Below, piece by piece: positions 43,811 through 53,817 of a stretch of DNA of 61,902 nt. Both the position numbers and the translations under genes were made by a program. Under the pieces are notes generated by a model, which ran no database searches, was not told the origin of the DNA, and was given only the letters and a program-made list of their open reading frames with translations. Positions within the stretch are counted from its first letter, which is position 1. The number at the start of each line of letters is the position of its first letter. The DNA comes from Deltaproteobacteria bacterium (GTDB lineage: Bacteria; Myxococcota; B64-G9): NCBI GenBank assembly GCA_030622135.1, contig JAUXGL010000003.1, positions 1 to 61,902 of the forward strand, given 5' to 3'.

Positions 43811-44833
43811 TTAGAATCCTATCGAGTTGAAGATGAACGGATAGGTCACCTTCACGACACCGCCGCCACGCGGCTTTGGGAACTTCCACTTGAGGATCTC
43901 GGCAAGAAGGCACTTCCCGACACCCGGATTGCCGAGGGTATCGGTTTTCAGCTCGGCATCCCGAACGGTACCGTCGGTGTCGATGGTCCAGCTCAGGACC
44001 AGCTTGCCGGTCAGGCCGGGGTTGACCAACAGGTTCTTTTCGTAGCAGAACTGAACGCCACGCAGGTTGGCCCGCACCACCTTGGCGATCTCTCCCCGGG
44101 TTAGATGACCCATGCGGGTCATCATCTCCTTCTTGGGAGCCACGGCCAGGCGCTTGACCGGCCGGGTGGCCGCCACCAGCCTGTAACCGGTGGCCTTGGA
44201 CTCCAGCTTGGCCCCGATCTTACCCGCGATCATGGCCAACGCGTCGTACGCTGCAATATTTTCGGCTCTGACCGTCACGGGTTTGTCGGCCAGGGCCGGA
44301 TCGATATCCAGCGAGATCCGGAAGGCCTGCTTGAACACGGCCTGGACGTCGGCCAGCTTGGCTTCCTTGAAGTTCACACTGATTACACGATCGCGAATTT
44401 TCAACTTGTAGGCTTTCGACTGTTTGTCGGGACGGACTCCGGCGACATCCTGGGCACCGAGCTTGTCGAGCTGACCCTTGGCTTCCAGGGTGGCCCAGGG
44501 GATGTGGGAGAAACGATCCAGCACGTCCAGGTAGAGCTCGATGGCCCGCTCTTTCTCATCGAGTTGAACCTTGAGCGCGGCCGCACGCAGCCAGGTCTGG
44601 GCGGCGAGCGGACCGGCGGCTTCGAACAGGGTGAGAAGATCGTCGTAGACGGCATCGGCTTCCCGCAGCTTGCCCTCTTCCCCGAGTTCCCGGGCTTCCT
44701 CGATCCGGTAGGCCAGGGTGTTGCGGATGCGTTCCATGTCCTGGAACTCATCCGGGCCATCCGCAACGGGCTGCTGACCCCGGGCGATAGGCAGGAGCAG
44801 GAAAAAAACGGTCAGGACGGTGGCTGGCTTCAT
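43811..44833 (-). CDS. secreted protein with AgmX/PglI-type (TonB-C-like) C-terminal domain
   Basis: ATG at 44833 after AAGGAGGA. Signal peptide MKPATVLTVFFLLLPIARG. C-terminal GEIAKVVRANLRGVQFCYEKNLLVNPGLTGKLVLSWTIDTDGTV...KWKFPKP. Confidence 0.7.
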   Translation of the reverse strand: MKPATVLTVFFLLLPIARGQQPVADGPDEFQDMERIRNTLAYRIEEARELGEEGKLREADAVYDDLLTLFEAAGPLAAQTWLRAAALKVQLDEKERAIELYLDVLDRFSHIPWATLEAKGQLDKLGAQDVAGVRPDKQSKAYKLKIRDRVISVNFKEAKLADVQAVFKQAFRISLDIDPALADKPVTVRAENIAAYDALAMIAGKIGAKLESKATGYRLVAATRPVKRLAVAPKKEMMTRMGHLTRGEIAKVVRANLRGVQFCYEKNLLVNPGLTGKLVLSWTIDTDGTVRDAELKTDTLGNPGVGKCLLAEILKWKFPKPRGGGVVKVTYPFIFNSIGF

Positions 44834-44976
44834 GGTCTTCCTCCTTCGAGTTTGGGTTGCATGTCTCCTCCCACGGTAGCCGGCCACGTGTTTCCGATTG
44901 TCATGGTTGTGTAAGAAACCTGCAAAATTTCACTCGCCTTCGCCAGGAGGCCCGACGTAGCCTTGGCGAAGTCGGG

Positions 44977-45684
44977 TCACTCCAGCACCAGCCGGTAACC
45001 CACCGAGCGGATCGAGATAAGGTGCCTGGGTTTTCCAGGGTCCGGTTCGATTACTCTTCGTATGCGTACGATGTGATTGTCCACCGTACGTGTGGTGGGA
45101 TAACTCTCGTAGCCCCACACCTCGTTCAGCAGCTCATCACGGCTCACGACTTCTTCCTTGCGTCCCAGCAGGTAGTGCAGAACCGCGAACTCCCGCGGGG
45201 TCATCCGAGCTTTCTTTCCCTTGCGCCGGACCTCGTAGCGTCGGAAGTCGATCTCTGCCACGCCAATGGTTACCGGTTTTCCGGACGGGGCCTCCCCCGC
45301 CTGCATCTTCTGCTGTCGCCGCAGCACGGCCTTGATGCGGGCCAGCAGTTCCCTGAGCCGGAAAGGCTTGGTGATGTAATCGTCGGCGCCCAACTCGAGC
45401 CCCAGGACGATGTCCACCTCCTGGTCGCGGGCACTCAGGATGACGACGGGGGTAATCACGCCACGGGCCTGCAGTTCCCGGCAAACATCCAGACCGTTCA
45501 TCTTGGGCATCATGATGTCCAGCAATAGCAGGTCGGGCTTCAACTCCAGAGCCTTTTGCAGAGCCTCCTCGCCGTCCGAGACCACCTCGACCCGGTAGCC
45601 CTCCAGATCGAGGTTGTCCCGCAGCGGCAGAACGAAACCTGGCTCATCATCGGCCAGGAGGAGCAGGGGACGCTCATCTGCCAT
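44977..45684 (-). CDS. OmpR-family response regulator
   Basis: Receiver LLLADDEP...DLLLLDIMMPKMNG...ITKPF, and a winged-helix C-terminus LTPREFAVLHYL...TVDNHIVRIRRVIE. Confidence 0.92.
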   Translation of the reverse strand: MADERPLLLLADDEPGFVLPLRDNLDLEGYRVEVVSDGEEALQKALELKPDLLLLDIMMPKMNGLDVCRELQARGVITPVVILSARDQEVDIVLGLELGADDYITKPFRLRELLARIKAVLRRQQKMQAGEAPSGKPVTIGVAEIDFRRYEVRRKGKKARMTPREFAVLHYLLGRKEEVVSRDELLNEVWGYESYPTTRTVDNHIVRIRRVIEPDPGKPRHLISIRSVGYRLVLE

Positions 45685-47389
45685 GGGACCATCCCTCCGT
45701 CTCCATCCCCTCGATCGGTATCCACAGATCGAAACGTGTCCCGGTACCGAGACGGCTGTGGACCTCCACCCTCCCGCCGTGACGGGTGGCCACCTCGCGA
45801 ACGATGGCCAGCCCCAGTCCGGTCCCTTTGGTCTCCCGGTTCAGCTCGTCCCCGGGCCTGTAGAACCAGTCAAAGATCCTCTTCTGTTCCCGGGGAGAAA
45901 TGCCTGGTCCGCGATCCCGCACGGTGAAGTGGACGGCACCAGTATCCATCGAGGCAGCCACGGAAACCCGGCTTCCCGCCGGGGAAAACTTGATGGCGTT
46001 GTCGATCAGGTTGAGCAAGGCCATCTGGATGAGATCGGCGTCCCCGGCACCTTCCGGCAGAGCCGCGTCAACGGCCATGGCTATCTCGATGTTCTTGCCG
46101 ATCGCTTCGCCCCGCACCTGTTCGACGGCGGTCTCGACGGCATGCCCCGGAGACCAGGCATCCCGGCGCATTTCATCGGTGCGTTGCATGCGGCCGAGCG
46201 CCAGCAGGTTTTCCGACAGGCGAGAGAGCCTGCGGGTCTCTTTCTTCATTTGTTCCAGGTATTCAAGGCGCTTCGGTTCCGAATTGACTTTGCCTTCCAG
46301 AAGCGTATCGATCATGAGTTCCAGGCCACCGAGGGGAGAACGAAACTCGTGGCTGACGCTGGCCACGAAATTCTCACGCAGCTGCACGTTCTCCATGGCT
46401 CCCCGGACCGCCCGGTAGGCAAGCACCAGGGATGCCAGCAACACCAGCCCGGCCAGCGAGAACCACAGGATCAGGAGGTCGGTTCCGTGCCGGGCTTCCG
46501 AGAGCCGGCTTTCGAAACGCGGATCCTCGACGACCAGAAACCCGACCCGTTCGTCCACGAAGGCCAGGCTGGCAATCCGGGTATCGTGTTGGGGGGGATC
46601 CTGGTGCAGACGCATTTTGAAGTCGAAGCTTCCTCCCTTCAACACGTTGCGGGTTACCAGGAAATCCCTTACATCCACAGAACGGGGCTGGCTGTTGAAT
46701 CCCAGCACCCGGCCCCCATCCCCCGTGCCGGTGAGCCGGTAACGCCCCACCTGCAACCACCGGGTCCAGGCTCCGGGATTCGTCTTGTCCGGACGGAAAA
46801 GTGACCTCAGCTTTTTGAAGTGCCTGCGCACGGAGTCTTCGAACAGGATCCTTTCGAGGCGCCAGCGCAGCCGGTAGGTGGCGTCCGCCCGGGGTTTGAT
46901 CCGTTCGAGGGTCCAGAGCACGGGCGGCCCGTGGTGGGCCAGGAGGGGATCGGACCAGGAGTCGGTTGCCACCATGCGATCGGCCAGAGCCAGGCATTCG
47001 GGCAAACCTGCCCCCCCGGGCGCACATCCTCCGCGGAATGCTTGCCGTCGGTCTTCTTCCCTGGCGCCCACCGGAGGCCTGCCCTTGTCGCCGGCGGGAT
47101 CGCCCATGATGAACCAGTGAAAGGGGGAATCGCCCGCCCGGGTACCTGCACAGCCGCTCGTCCGGGCAGACTCGTTCGGTGCGACAAGTACCCGGCGGCA
47201 TCTCTCCAACTCGTCGGCCAGGGCCCCCGCCGACCAGGCCGCCAGGAACGAGCGCTCGCGCAGCAGATCTTCCTCGATCTCGGCCCGATCGGACAAGAAC
47301 CTGAACAGACCGAATCCGATCAGCACGGCCGCGGCCAGGCCTCCGAAAACCAGAAACAGGATCAGACGCCGGTGTCGCACGGGTTGCAT
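45674..47389 (-). CDS. sensor histidine kinase
   Basis: H-box SHEFRSPLGGL, N-box LLNLIDNAIKFS, G-boxes DRGPGI and GTGLGLAIV, and an N-terminal TM helix. Overlaps the response-regulator start by 11 nt. Confidence 0.9.
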   Translation of the reverse strand: MQPVRHRRLILFLVFGGLAAAVLIGFGLFRFLSDRAEIEEDLLRERSFLAAWSAGALADELERCRRVLVAPNESARTSGCAGTRAGDSPFHWFIMGDPAGDKGRPPVGAREEDRRQAFRGGCAPGGAGLPECLALADRMVATDSWSDPLLAHHGPPVLWTLERIKPRADATYRLRWRLERILFEDSVRRHFKKLRSLFRPDKTNPGAWTRWLQVGRYRLTGTGDGGRVLGFNSQPRSVDVRDFLVTRNVLKGGSFDFKMRLHQDPPQHDTRIASLAFVDERVGFLVVEDPRFESRLSEARHGTDLLILWFSLAGLVLLASLVLAYRAVRGAMENVQLRENFVASVSHEFRSPLGGLELMIDTLLEGKVNSEPKRLEYLEQMKKETRRLSRLSENLLALGRMQRTDEMRRDAWSPGHAVETAVEQVRGEAIGKNIEIAMAVDAALPEGAGDADLIQMALLNLIDNAIKFSPAGSRVSVAASMDTGAVHFTVRDRGPGISPREQKRIFDWFYRPGDELNRETKGTGLGLAIVREVATRHGGRVEVHSRLGTGTRFDLWIPIEGMETEGWSHGR

Positions 47390-47575
47390 CGACGTCGAGT
47401 GTAACAGAGCCTCCTCGGATGAGTGTCATGAAAATGTAAAAAGCCCGTCGCGTATCCCCACCTCCACGGGCAAACTGTCCAAATTTTTGGGTCCACTATA
47501 CTGTAGACAATCTGCTTGCTAAATTACCCGACAAGCTCTAGTTATCGGACAAGCGATTCGCAGGAAGAGGCAACG

Positions 47576-48280
47576 ATGAAACCCCTGGAAAAACTCGACC
47601 AGGTAACGACGGTTGACGGTAAGGAGCTGGCACTGTACCGGCGCAGCGAGGACTTCTATATAAAGATCGACGGTAGCGACCTGATGACCAGCCGGGCGCA
47701 CGGCTCCGAGGAGGAAATGGCTCGACTGGCCTGGCGGGGTCTGGGGCGCGTCCCCCCAGAACCGCAAGTGCTCGTCGGGGGACTCGGGATGGGCTACACC
47801 CTCCGGGCAACCCTGGACCAACTCCCCGACGGTGCCAAAGTCGTCGTGGCCGAGGTGTTTCCCCAGGTAGTCCGCTGGAACCGCGAGTTGCTGGGACACC
47901 TCGCGCGACACCCCCTGAGTGATCCACGGGTGCTCGTGGAGAAAGCCGACGTCAACGACCTGCTCCGGATCGACGCCTATGACATGATCCTGTTCGACGT
48001 GGACAGCGGACCGAACGCCTTGACCCTGGCGGCCAACCATCGTCTATACGACGACGCGGGGCTCGCTCGTCTCCGCCAAGCGCTCAAGGCGGGCGGCGTA
48101 CTGTCGATCTGGTCGGTATCGCCGGATAGTGGGTTTACAAAGCGCATGCGAAGAGCCGGGTTCGAGGCCACCCGCCAGACGGTCTGGGCCAGAAGCTGCG
48201 CCAAGGGAGGCCGCCACGCGATCTTCCTGGGGCGCAAGAAAAACCAGGAGCGAACCCGGAAGAGCCCGAAACGGAGATAG
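47576..48280 (+). CDS. spermidine-synthase-like (SAM-dependent transferase fold) protein
   Basis: YRRSEDFYIKIDGSDLMTSRAHGSEEEMA...VLVGGLGMGYTLRATLD...DMILFDVD resembles the spermine/spermidine synthase family. ATG at 47576. Confidence 0.6.
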   Translation: MKPLEKLDQVTTVDGKELALYRRSEDFYIKIDGSDLMTSRAHGSEEEMARLAWRGLGRVPPEPQVLVGGLGMGYTLRATLDQLPDGAKVVVAEVFPQVVRWNRELLGHLARHPLSDPRVLVEKADVNDLLRIDAYDMILFDVDSGPNALTLAANHRLYDDAGLARLRQALKAGGVLSIWSVSPDSGFTKRMRRAGFEATRQTVWARSCAKGGRHAIFLGRKKNQERTRKSPKRR

Positions 48281-48296
48281 GCCATCCGGTTTGGGT

Positions 48297-48333
48297 GGCA
48301 CGTTGGCACATCGGCACGTCGGCACATCGGCAG
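48297..48333. repeat. 8-bp tandem repeat (GGCACRTY x4 plus a partial unit) in a convergent intergenic region
   Basis: ggcacgtt ggcacatc ggcacgtc ggcacatc ggcag, read directly. Confidence 0.85.
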
Positions 48334-48348
48334 GAGCAACCTAAAAAG

Positions 48349-51300
48349 TTACCGGATACGCAGGACTTTGTTTAGCTGGAAGAACTGGGACCTGGTCAAC
48401 GTGGGCATGCCCACCTCGATTTGTTCGAACTCTTTCCGGCTCATGATCTTCAGGGGGTTGAGCTTCTTGGCGCCAAGTTCCTGATTGAAGCCATCCACCT
48501 GCTTCAGGTAGGATTCCAGGATCTTCTTGTCGCCGTCCAATTCACCGGAAAGGACTTTCAGGCGGGTCATCTGAGAGCCGGTCGGGCGTCCGCCGTAGTT
48601 GCTTACAGCCCCATACAACTCGACGATTTTCTTCCGCAACTGACGCTCGTCGGTCAACAGACCCTCCCTGGTTTCCACCATGATGGCGTGCAGCTCGTCC
48701 AGTTTGTCGGCATATTGTCCCAGGCGCTTGCCCAAATCGGAGTCTTGGTCGGCCTTTTCCGACATCTTCCGAGCCTGATCGCGAAGCGAAGTGACCGTCT
48801 TGTCCAAGAAGCTCAACTCTTCCTGCATACGGTAAAGACGCCAGACAGTCTTATGTTGCAGAAGCCTGGCTTCCTTTGAGTAGGGAGATTCGGGATCGAG
48901 CACCAACTCCAGCTTGCCGGTATGAGTCTGCTTGCCTTGGATTAGCTTGACCGTGTATGTCCCGGCGGGAACCACGGGGCCGAACAAGGCCATACCGGCC
49001 AACTGGGGCGACGGCGGTATCTTGGGAGCTTTTTCCCGCATGGCCCAGCTGACTCGGTTGATGCCCCGACGTCGGGAGCCCGGCAAAGTCTTTATCAGCT
49101 TGCCGTCGGGAGCGTAAATCTCCAGCTTGAGCTTTCCAAAAACATGCCTCTTTTTCAGGTAGTAGGTGATAATGGCTGTTGGATCCGGATTTCTGCCGAC
49201 AAACTCATCGTCTCCGGGAAAAGACATTTGACTGGTGGGCACTTTGACCACCGACGGCCTGGCGGGCAAGAAAGCGACTTTTTGGTTCAGCACTTCGGCG
49301 GTCAAATGGCGCAGGGGGGTGATGTCGTCCAAAATGAACACGCCCCGACCGTGGGTGCCGATGATCACGTCCCCTTCCCGGGGATGGATGGCGATGTCGT
49401 GGACGGCCACCTTGGGTAGCTTCCCAGTCAGGCGCGCCCACTGCTGGCCACCATCCACGCTGATGTACAGGCCGAATTCGGTCCCCAAAAAGAGCAGGTG
49501 GGGGTTGACCAGATCCTGGCGAACGACCCGGGCAAAACCCTCGATCCGATCGCCGGCCAGCGAAGTCCAGGTCTTGCCGTAGTCGTCGGTCCGGTACACG
49601 TACACACCCATGTCACCGGTCCTGTGTCCGTCGAAAACCGCAAATGCCTGAGCCGGATGGAACCGGCCGGCTTCCACGCCGGTCACCCAGGTACCCTTGG
49701 GCAGGTCGGGCACATTTTTCACCACGTTGGTCCAGGTCTTGCCGTCATCTCTGGTCAACTGAAGGTTGCCGTCGTCGGTGCCCACCCAAATGACCTTGCC
49801 GTCCATCGGCGATTCGGAAATGGTTACGATGGTGCAATGGTTTTCGGCCGTGGAGTTGTCGATGGTCAAACCGCCCGATTCCTCTTGACGCTGTTTTTGG
49901 GGATCATCGGTGGTCAAGTCGCCTGACAGCCTTTGCCAGTTTTCCCCTTTGTCCATAGAACGGAACAAGAACTGGGCTCCGGCGTAAATGGCTCCCGGCC
50001 GGGTAGGACTGAGATGCAGGGGCGTATCCCAATTAAAGCGGTATTTGGGCTCCCCTTCCTTGGGGTAGGGCCGGATTTCTTTGACCTCCTGGGTGGAGTG
50101 GTGATGGCGCAGGATGTTGCCGCCCTGGTACTCACAATAGACGATATCCGGATCGGTCGGATCGGAGTACACGTGGAAGCCGTCGCCCATGCCCACCCCC
50201 TTCCAATCTCGGTTTTCGATGCCATTAATGGACCTGGAAGGGCCCATCCAGGAACCGTTGTCCTGCAACCCACCGTAAACGTTGTAAGGCCTATCGTTGT
50301 CAACGCTGACGTGATAAAACTGAGCCAAGGGCATGCTGTTTAAAAAGAACCAGTTGTTGCCTCGATCCATCGACTTGTAGACGCCGCCGTCCGTTCCCAA
50401 CAGGATCTCATCGGAATTCTTGGGATTGATCCAAATGGCGTGCATGTCCGGATGAACCCCGCCGATGCCCGCTCCGCTGGTGAAAGGGGAAGAAAAGGAT
50501 TCCCCGCCATCCTCGGACACGGTCACCAGCAGACCGAGTTTGTACACCCGCCTGGGATCATCGGGAGCCACGGCCAACTCGGAAAAGTAGAAAGGCCGTA
50601 TGGTGGTGTTGAACGACGAGTCCAACCGCAGCCAGTTTTCACCCATGTCATCCGAGCGATACAAGGCGGTCTTCTCGGCCTCGACCACTGCGTAAACCGT
50701 CTTGGGTTGAGACCCGGCGATCGCCAAACCGATGCGGCCCAGGTTCCCTTCGGGCAGGCCGCGCTGAATCTTGCGCCAGGTTTTACCACCGTCGACACTT
50801 TTATACAGGCCGCTGCCGGGACCACCGGATTCGAAAAAGTCGGGGTAACGCCTGAGTTGCCACATGGCGGCGTAGAGAACCTTGGGATTTTTGGGATCCA
50901 TCTTCAGATCGGTACAACCGGTGTTCTCGTCCACGTACAACATGCGCTGCCAAGTCTTGCCGCCGTCTTGGCTGCGGTAGACACCGCGCTCTTCGTTCGC
51001 GTCCCATAGATGCCCCAAGACCGCCACGAACACTTCGTCGGGGTTTTGGGGATTGATAACAATTTTGGAAATGCGTTCGCTGTCCAAAAGACCCATGCGC
51101 ATCCAATTGTCACCACCGTCGGTTGTCTTGTAGATGCCGTCGCCTACCGTGACGCTGTTGCGGGGACAGCCTTCACCGGTTCCCACCCAAATCACTTTGG
51201 GATTCTTGGGATCCAAGGCCACCGCACCAATAGACTGGTTGTGCTTGTCGAAGATGGGCTCGAAATTAGCGCCGCCGTTTTTGGTACGCCATAGGCCGCC

Positions 51301-51585
51301 GGAGGCGGTCCCCACGTAGAACTCCTTGGGGTCGTCGGGTCGGGCCTCGATGGACATGATCCTTCCACCCATGACCGCAGGGCCTATGGCCCGGGCTTCG
51401 ATGGCCCCAAAGGTAGCCGAATCGATCTTGATTTTAAAAGCCGGGGGCTTGGCTATGCTCGGAGTCTTTTTTGCAACCTGTTTTATGACCGCTTCCGGTT
51501 TGGTGGATTCCACCACATGGGTGCAGGCGAATAAACCCAACGCCAAAGGAAGCGCCACCAGGCATTTGTACCGGCAAGATTTCAT
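48349..51585 (-). CDS. BNR/Asp-box repeat, sortilin/VPS10-like beta-propeller lipoprotein
   Basis: The ATG at 51585 gives MKSCRYKCLVALPLALGLFAC (lipobox). Repeated Asp-boxes: WRTKNGGANF, YKTTDGGDNW, YRSQDGGKTW, YKSVDGGKTW, RSDDMGENW, TRDDGKTW. Confidence 0.85.
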   Translation of the reverse strand: MKSCRYKCLVALPLALGLFACTHVVESTKPEAVIKQVAKKTPSIAKPPAFKIKIDSATFGAIEARAIGPAVMGGRIMSIEARPDDPKEFYVGTASGGLWRTKNGGANFEPIFDKHNQSIGAVALDPKNPKVIWVGTGEGCPRNSVTVGDGIYKTTDGGDNWMRMGLLDSERISKIVINPQNPDEVFVAVLGHLWDANEERGVYRSQDGGKTWQRMLYVDENTGCTDLKMDPKNPKVLYAAMWQLRRYPDFFESGGPGSGLYKSVDGGKTWRKIQRGLPEGNLGRIGLAIAGSQPKTVYAVVEAEKTALYRSDDMGENWLRLDSSFNTTIRPFYFSELAVAPDDPRRVYKLGLLVTVSEDGGESFSSPFTSGAGIGGVHPDMHAIWINPKNSDEILLGTDGGVYKSMDRGNNWFFLNSMPLAQFYHVSVDNDRPYNVYGGLQDNGSWMGPSRSINGIENRDWKGVGMGDGFHVYSDPTDPDIVYCEYQGGNILRHHHSTQEVKEIRPYPKEGEPKYRFNWDTPLHLSPTRPGAIYAGAQFLFRSMDKGENWQRLSGDLTTDDPQKQRQEESGGLTIDNSTAENHCTIVTISESPMDGKVIWVGTDDGNLQLTRDDGKTWTNVVKNVPDLPKGTWVTGVEAGRFHPAQAFAVFDGHRTGDMGVYVYRTDDYGKTWTSLAGDRIEGFARVVRQDLVNPHLLFLGTEFGLYISVDGGQQWARLTGKLPKVAVHDIAIHPREGDVIIGTHGRGVFILDDITPLRHLTAEVLNQKVAFLPARPSVVKVPTSQMSFPGDDEFVGRNPDPTAIITYYLKKRHVFGKLKLEIYAPDGKLIKTLPGSRRRGINRVSWAMREKAPKIPPSPQLAGMALFGPVVPAGTYTVKLIQGKQTHTGKLELVLDPESPYSKEARLLQHKTVWRLYRMQEELSFLDKTVTSLRDQARKMSEKADQDSDLGKRLGQYADKLDELHAIMVETREGLLTDERQLRKKIVELYGAVSNYGGRPTGSQMTRLKVLSGELDGDKKILESYLKQVDGFNQELGAKKLNPLKIMSRKEFEQIEVGMPTLTRSQFFQLNKVLRIR

Positions 51586-51604
51586 CAGGAACTCTCCCCA
51601 CCAA

Positions 51605-52399
51605 TCAACTGGCCTTCTTGGGTGTCTTGGGTGTCTTGGGTGTCTTGGGTGTCTTGGGTGTCTTGGGTGTCTTGGACACTTCGGGCATTTTGAAAACGCC
51701 GTCATCGATGTCCAGATTCAACTCCACTTTCTTGATGCTGATCTGTCCGCCCTGACCTTGGGCGTTTTTGGTGTCAACGGTATGCGGAAACATGACCCCG
51801 CCCACTTCCTGGTAATCACCCAAAAACGAATGCTGAATCACCTCGACACCCTGCCGCTTTATCTTGGCGGTTTGCTTCAATTCGATGAAATTCTCCGAAT
51901 CCAGATAGTAGACCCGTTCTTTACCGCTCTTGAGCTTGATCCTGAGTTTGAATGTGTCCGACCCTTCCATATCCTCTTTGCCCAGCAATTCAACGCTGTG
52001 GCCCTTCTTTTTATACTCGAACAAAGGGCCTTCGATCATATCGTCGGCCTGATCCTTAATCTGCTCCAGCTCATCCTTGGGCATTTTCTGCGGGTCCTTG
52101 GAACCCAACATGGGCATGATCATCCAACCGATCTTTCCATCATATGCCTGAACGATTTGGTTGCCTTGAAAGGAGATCTCCAAACGCACCTTGTTGGGAC
52201 GTTTCCAAAGTATTGTGATCGGCATTTCCAGGGGGCCGCCGGTCATGGTGGCGGTAAACTTGGCCGTCTTGATGGCTTTGATGTTCTTGGCACCACCGCG
52301 AGCTTCGGTATTCTTGGCAATCAGTTCATCAACCGTTTGCGCCACGGCAGGCACGGTAAAACAGATCAAACCAAGGACCAACATTGTTCTTTTCAACAT
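51605..52399 (-). CDS. LolA-like outer-membrane lipoprotein-sorting family protein with (KTP)n tail
   Basis: Signal peptide MLKRTMLVLGLICFTVPAVAQ. VDELIAKNTEARGG...KVRLEI..QG..IVQAYDGK.GW resembles the lipoprotein-sorting (LolA-fold) family. Confidence 0.55.
   Translation of the reverse strand: MLKRTMLVLGLICFTVPAVAQTVDELIAKNTEARGGAKNIKAIKTAKFTATMTGGPLEMPITILWKRPNKVRLEISFQGNQIVQAYDGKIGWMIMPMLGSKDPQKMPKDELEQIKDQADDMIEGPLFEYKKKGHSVELLGKEDMEGSDTFKLRIKLKSGKERVYYLDSENFIELKQTAKIKRQGVEVIQHSFLGDYQEVGGVMFPHTVDTKNAQGQGGQISIKKVELNLDIDDGVFKMPEVSKTPKTPKTPKTPKTPKTPKKAS
51617..51670. repeat. perfect 9-bp tandem repeat x6 (CTTGGGTGT) encoding (TPK)6 on the minus strand
   Basis: Read directly. Followed by a partial seventh unit up to 51675. 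Confidence 0.95.
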
Positions 52400-52470
52400 G
52401 GCAATCCTCCTAGAAAGGGCTTTTACTCAAGGAAACTTGAAAAGTGACTCACGTTCATGCGACCGGCGAG

Positions 52471-53817
52471 TCAATTGGAGAAGGCCGCCTTGCGAATCTT
52501 TTCGGCGGTGTCCGACTCCAGGTTTTCCACTACCAGGACGCGGCTCTTGCGACGTTCCACGTATACCACCCGGTTTTGCTTGTTTTCCCAGGTGATTTTC
52601 GGTTCCTTGGTCAGGGGCTTTCTGGTGAAACCTTTTACCCGCGACGAGACGGTCTTGGCGAAGGCGCCGGCGAACTCGACGGCGTCTTTTTCGGTGTCCC
52701 ATACGCTCAGCTGCACCCAGGCCAGGTCCTGGCCCTGCTTAAAAACCCAGACCTTGTCACCGTCCCAACCGGCGGCGGCCTTCTTCTCCTCGTCCTGGTC
52801 GTCGACCGGGTCGAGCAGTTGCAGGGTCATGAACTCGCCCAGCACGTCCGTGTAGATCTTCTCCCACTTTTCCGGGACCAGCTTAGCTATGAAGTCGAGG
52901 GACACCTCGGTGGGGGGATCGCGCTGGTCGAAGTACCTGGCCGGATGCATGATTTGCTCGGTGGACTCGGGAATGTCGGCGTAAATTTTATCGATGCGCT
53001 TCCAGCCTCCCTGGCGGCGGCCGTAGTTCACGAAGCCCAGGCCCTTGATGTAGGGAAACATCAGGGTCTCGCGCAGGGCTTTTGGAGCCTCGGCGAACTT
53101 GGGAAACTGGGCCGCGGACATCTGAATCATGAGCTGGCCGAAGACGCCGTCCATGTCCAGCATGGAGAGGTCCATCTCCACGCCCAGGTTGTCCATGGAA
53201 TCCGCCAGCATGACCAGGGTGGCCTCGCCTTCGACCAGCGCCGCCCGGGCGTACATGGCGTCGGAGTTGCCCTTGATGCGGTCGATGAACTTGTCGATGT
53301 CGAAGTGCTGATCCTGCAACGCGTGGGTCAGCTCGTGGGCAATGATGGTCTCCTGCATGCCCGGAGCGATCCAGTCCGCCAGGTAGAAGGTCTCTTTCAC
53401 CGGATCGTAGTAGCCGCCCACCTGCTCCTCGTAGAGCGCTATGATGAACTCCTTGAAATTCATGTTCCGGGAGATGAAACCCAGGGCCTGCATGGCCTGG
53501 CCCTCTTTCTCCATTTCCCCGGGAGCGTACTGCTCATCCAGCGTCTTCTGCAGGTAGGCCCGCACCTTGTCCTTGGTGGTCACTTCCCAGCGGATGGGCT
53601 TCTTCACCTCAAGCCCGCGGAGCTTGACCACTCGCTGCTCCACCCGTTTGCCCAGCTCGATGAGACTCTCGGCCCCCGCGCCGGCCCAGGCGCTCCGGCC
53701 GGCGAACAGCAGCAGGATCAGAACAAGGCCCAGCCGCCGCTCACTCGCTTTTGCCAGGATGCCCCGCGGCTTGCCGGGGGTAGCTTCACTCCATGTGTTC
53801 ATCCAGGTACCTGGCAA
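52471..53817 (-). CDS. putative secreted HExxH zinc metalloprotease
   Basis: Hydrophobic signal LGLVLILLLFAGRSAWA. Zinc motif IIAHELTHALQDQHF. The start is uncertain (53817 or 53802) and overlaps the end of the PilZ gene. Confidence 0.65.
   Translation of the reverse strand: MPGTWMNTWSEATPGKPRGILAKASERRLGLVLILLLFAGRSAWAGAGAESLIELGKRVEQRVVKLRGLEVKKPIRWEVTTKDKVRAYLQKTLDEQYAPGEMEKEGQAMQALGFISRNMNFKEFIIALYEEQVGGYYDPVKETFYLADWIAPGMQETIIAHELTHALQDQHFDIDKFIDRIKGNSDAMYARAALVEGEATLVMLADSMDNLGVEMDLSMLDMDGVFGQLMIQMSAAQFPKFAEAPKALRETLMFPYIKGLGFVNYGRRQGGWKRIDKIYADIPESTEQIMHPARYFDQRDPPTEVSLDFIAKLVPEKWEKIYTDVLGEFMTLQLLDPVDDQDEEKKAAAGWDGDKVWVFKQGQDLAWVQLSVWDTEKDAVEFAGAFAKTVSSRVKGFTRKPLTKEPKITWENKQNRVVYVERRKSRVLVVENLESDTAEKIRKAAFSN

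Noticed and set aside
51586-51705. (PRH)n-containing N-terminal extension of the BNR/sortilin ORF
   Set aside because: It is an alternate-frame reading of the neighbouring gene's (KTP)n repeat. The ATG at 51585 gives a proper lipobox signal peptide.
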